From Candidatus Helarchaeota archaeon (GTDB lineage: Archaea > Asgardarchaeota > Lokiarchaeia > Helarchaeales > RDOG01), in the NCBI GenBank assembly GCA_029838215.1, contig JALGVI010000025.1:1-35744 (forward strand): DNA of 35,744 bases. Direction: 5' to 3'. Shown here piece after piece: positions 34,746 through 35,744 of the stretch (position 1 is its first letter; the number at the start of each line of letters is the position of its first letter). Under the pieces are notes generated by a model. That model was not told the DNA's origin. It made no database searches and saw only the letters and a program-made list of their open reading frames with translations. Position numbers and translations under genes: made by a program.

Positions 34746-35744
34746 TTACTGTATTGTACCGGTTGTCGAGATGTAAATCTCACGATAGTAGGGTTGTGAT
34801 TGTCCGCCCCATCCTTCTGATAGCGGTTCAGTATCGTACCTATTTATGACGTGGAAGGTGGACTCAGGTTCTTTCCACCAGCCGCTAAAGTAGATACGAA
34901 TTGGTGCTACAGCAGGATTTTCATTCCATGCATGCACGTATGATGGCGATGCTTGAACTCTTAGATTATAGACTATTGTGTAAGACGATGAATATGGATC
35001 AATGTCGATCGTGGTTCCCAACCGATAGGTTTCTGCCCAAGCAGTGCCCGTATCGTTATTATAGCTGATTATTGACTTTGGAGCGAATAGAGAAATCTTG
35101 CTGTTTAGTTTTGTGTTTCCAACAATATACTGCGTTAATCGTTCAATATTTTGTTGAAGATATCCGCGCGGGTTACCAATTGTAAGATTTAGATAGTAGG
35201 ACTTGAGAGCTTGGTTGCTTGCGATTGACACGTTTATCTGATAAGTCGTTTCAAGATCAAACGACGTGATATTTGTCATGATAAACGGACGGAATGATGA
35301 GTTTAGTGCAGTCCATAACGTTCCGAATGGACGGTTTGCATCATCATAGAGCACGTCTCCACGGGCACCTTTCACGTCGTCATTTACAACAGAATCTTCC
35401 ATCTCTAGCCGGACATATATCTTCGAGGCTAACAGAGTATCATTGACGAGATAGCCATCTCCATCGATCGTAAAGTTACCGGGCAAGTAAGCGGCCAAAT
35501 CCTGTAATTTTGTAACTCTCGGATACACGTTGTATGAAATCGTGAAGTTTGCACCAGGCCAAGTCGTATTGTCAAATGGATCATATCTATCCAGTGGATC
35601 ATACATTTCTGCAGAAATGTCAAATCCTGAAATGAAACCTTCGGGTAATTCAAAATCGTCGTCCCAACTGGTATAGAAGTATATCTTCGTTATTTCGATT
35701 TGTGCATAAACGTCCACTTCGGACAACGAAGCGTTTGCAGTATT
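34746..35744 (-). CDS. C-terminal part of a large, probably secreted beta-rich protein; partial, starts beyond the right edge
   Basis: The frame stays open upstream of the ORF-track TTG 35726 to the window edge (NTANAS-LSEVD...). It is Asn/Thr/Tyr-rich with sequons and has no C-terminal TM helix. Confidence 0.8.
   Translation of the reverse strand, partial: NTANASLSEVDVYAQIEITKIYFYTSWDDDFELPEGFISGFDISAEMYDPLDRYDPFDNTTWPGANFTISYNVYPRVTKLQDLAAYLPGNFTIDGDGYLVNDTLLASKIYVRLEMEDSVVNDDVKGARGDVLYDDANRPFGTLWTALNSSFRPFIMTNITSFDLETTYQINVSIASNQALKSYYLNLTIGNPRGYLQQNIERLTQYIVGNTKLNSKISLFAPKSIISYNNDTGTAWAETYRLGTTIDIDPYSSSYTIVYNLRVQASPSYVHAWNENPAVAPIRIYFSGWWKEPESTFHVINRYDTEPLSEGWGGQSQPYYREIYISTTGTIQ

Noticed and set aside
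1-35744. CRISPR arrays, IS elements, integrases, tRNA or rRNA genes
   Set aside because: I saw no regularly spaced repeats, terminal inverted repeats, transposase or recombinase motifs, or cloverleaf/rRNA signatures by eye.

Overview
Gene-dense, AT-rich archaeal chromosomal window with T-rich terminators, GGTGA/GGAGG Shine-Dalgarno motifs, frequent TTG/GTG starts, a TrmI, a single-OB SSB and a longin-like domain. An Asgard (Loki/Hel-type) origin is inferred from these features. No rRNA, tRNA, CRISPR array or mobile element was seen. From left to right the window holds: (1) an ABC ATPase plus a permease fused to a large extracellular beta-helix/Ig region, which the ORF track misses because it runs off the left edge; (2) enoyl-CoA hydratase, a ThiF/E1-like enzyme, tungsten AOR with a 4Fe-4S subunit, and a ttuA-trmI-moaD sulfur-relay block; (3) a UbiA-family prenyltransferase, a thiolase, a GT2 and hypotheticals; (4) mobA-mobB; (5) a two-subunit B12 acyl-CoA mutase with a non-canonical active site, divergent from meaB and cobO; (6) two GcvH/LbpA-like lipoyl-carrier genes directly coupled to hdrB-hdrC-hdrA, followed by convergent mvhD, ssb and a second hdrC-hdrB pair; (7) a 2070-aa glycosylated surface protein and the 3' part of another large gene. 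The best candidate for an undescribed system is the lipoyl-carrier plus methanogen-type HdrABC/MvhD module next to the atypical mutase. All family assignments come from motif recognition, with no database searches.
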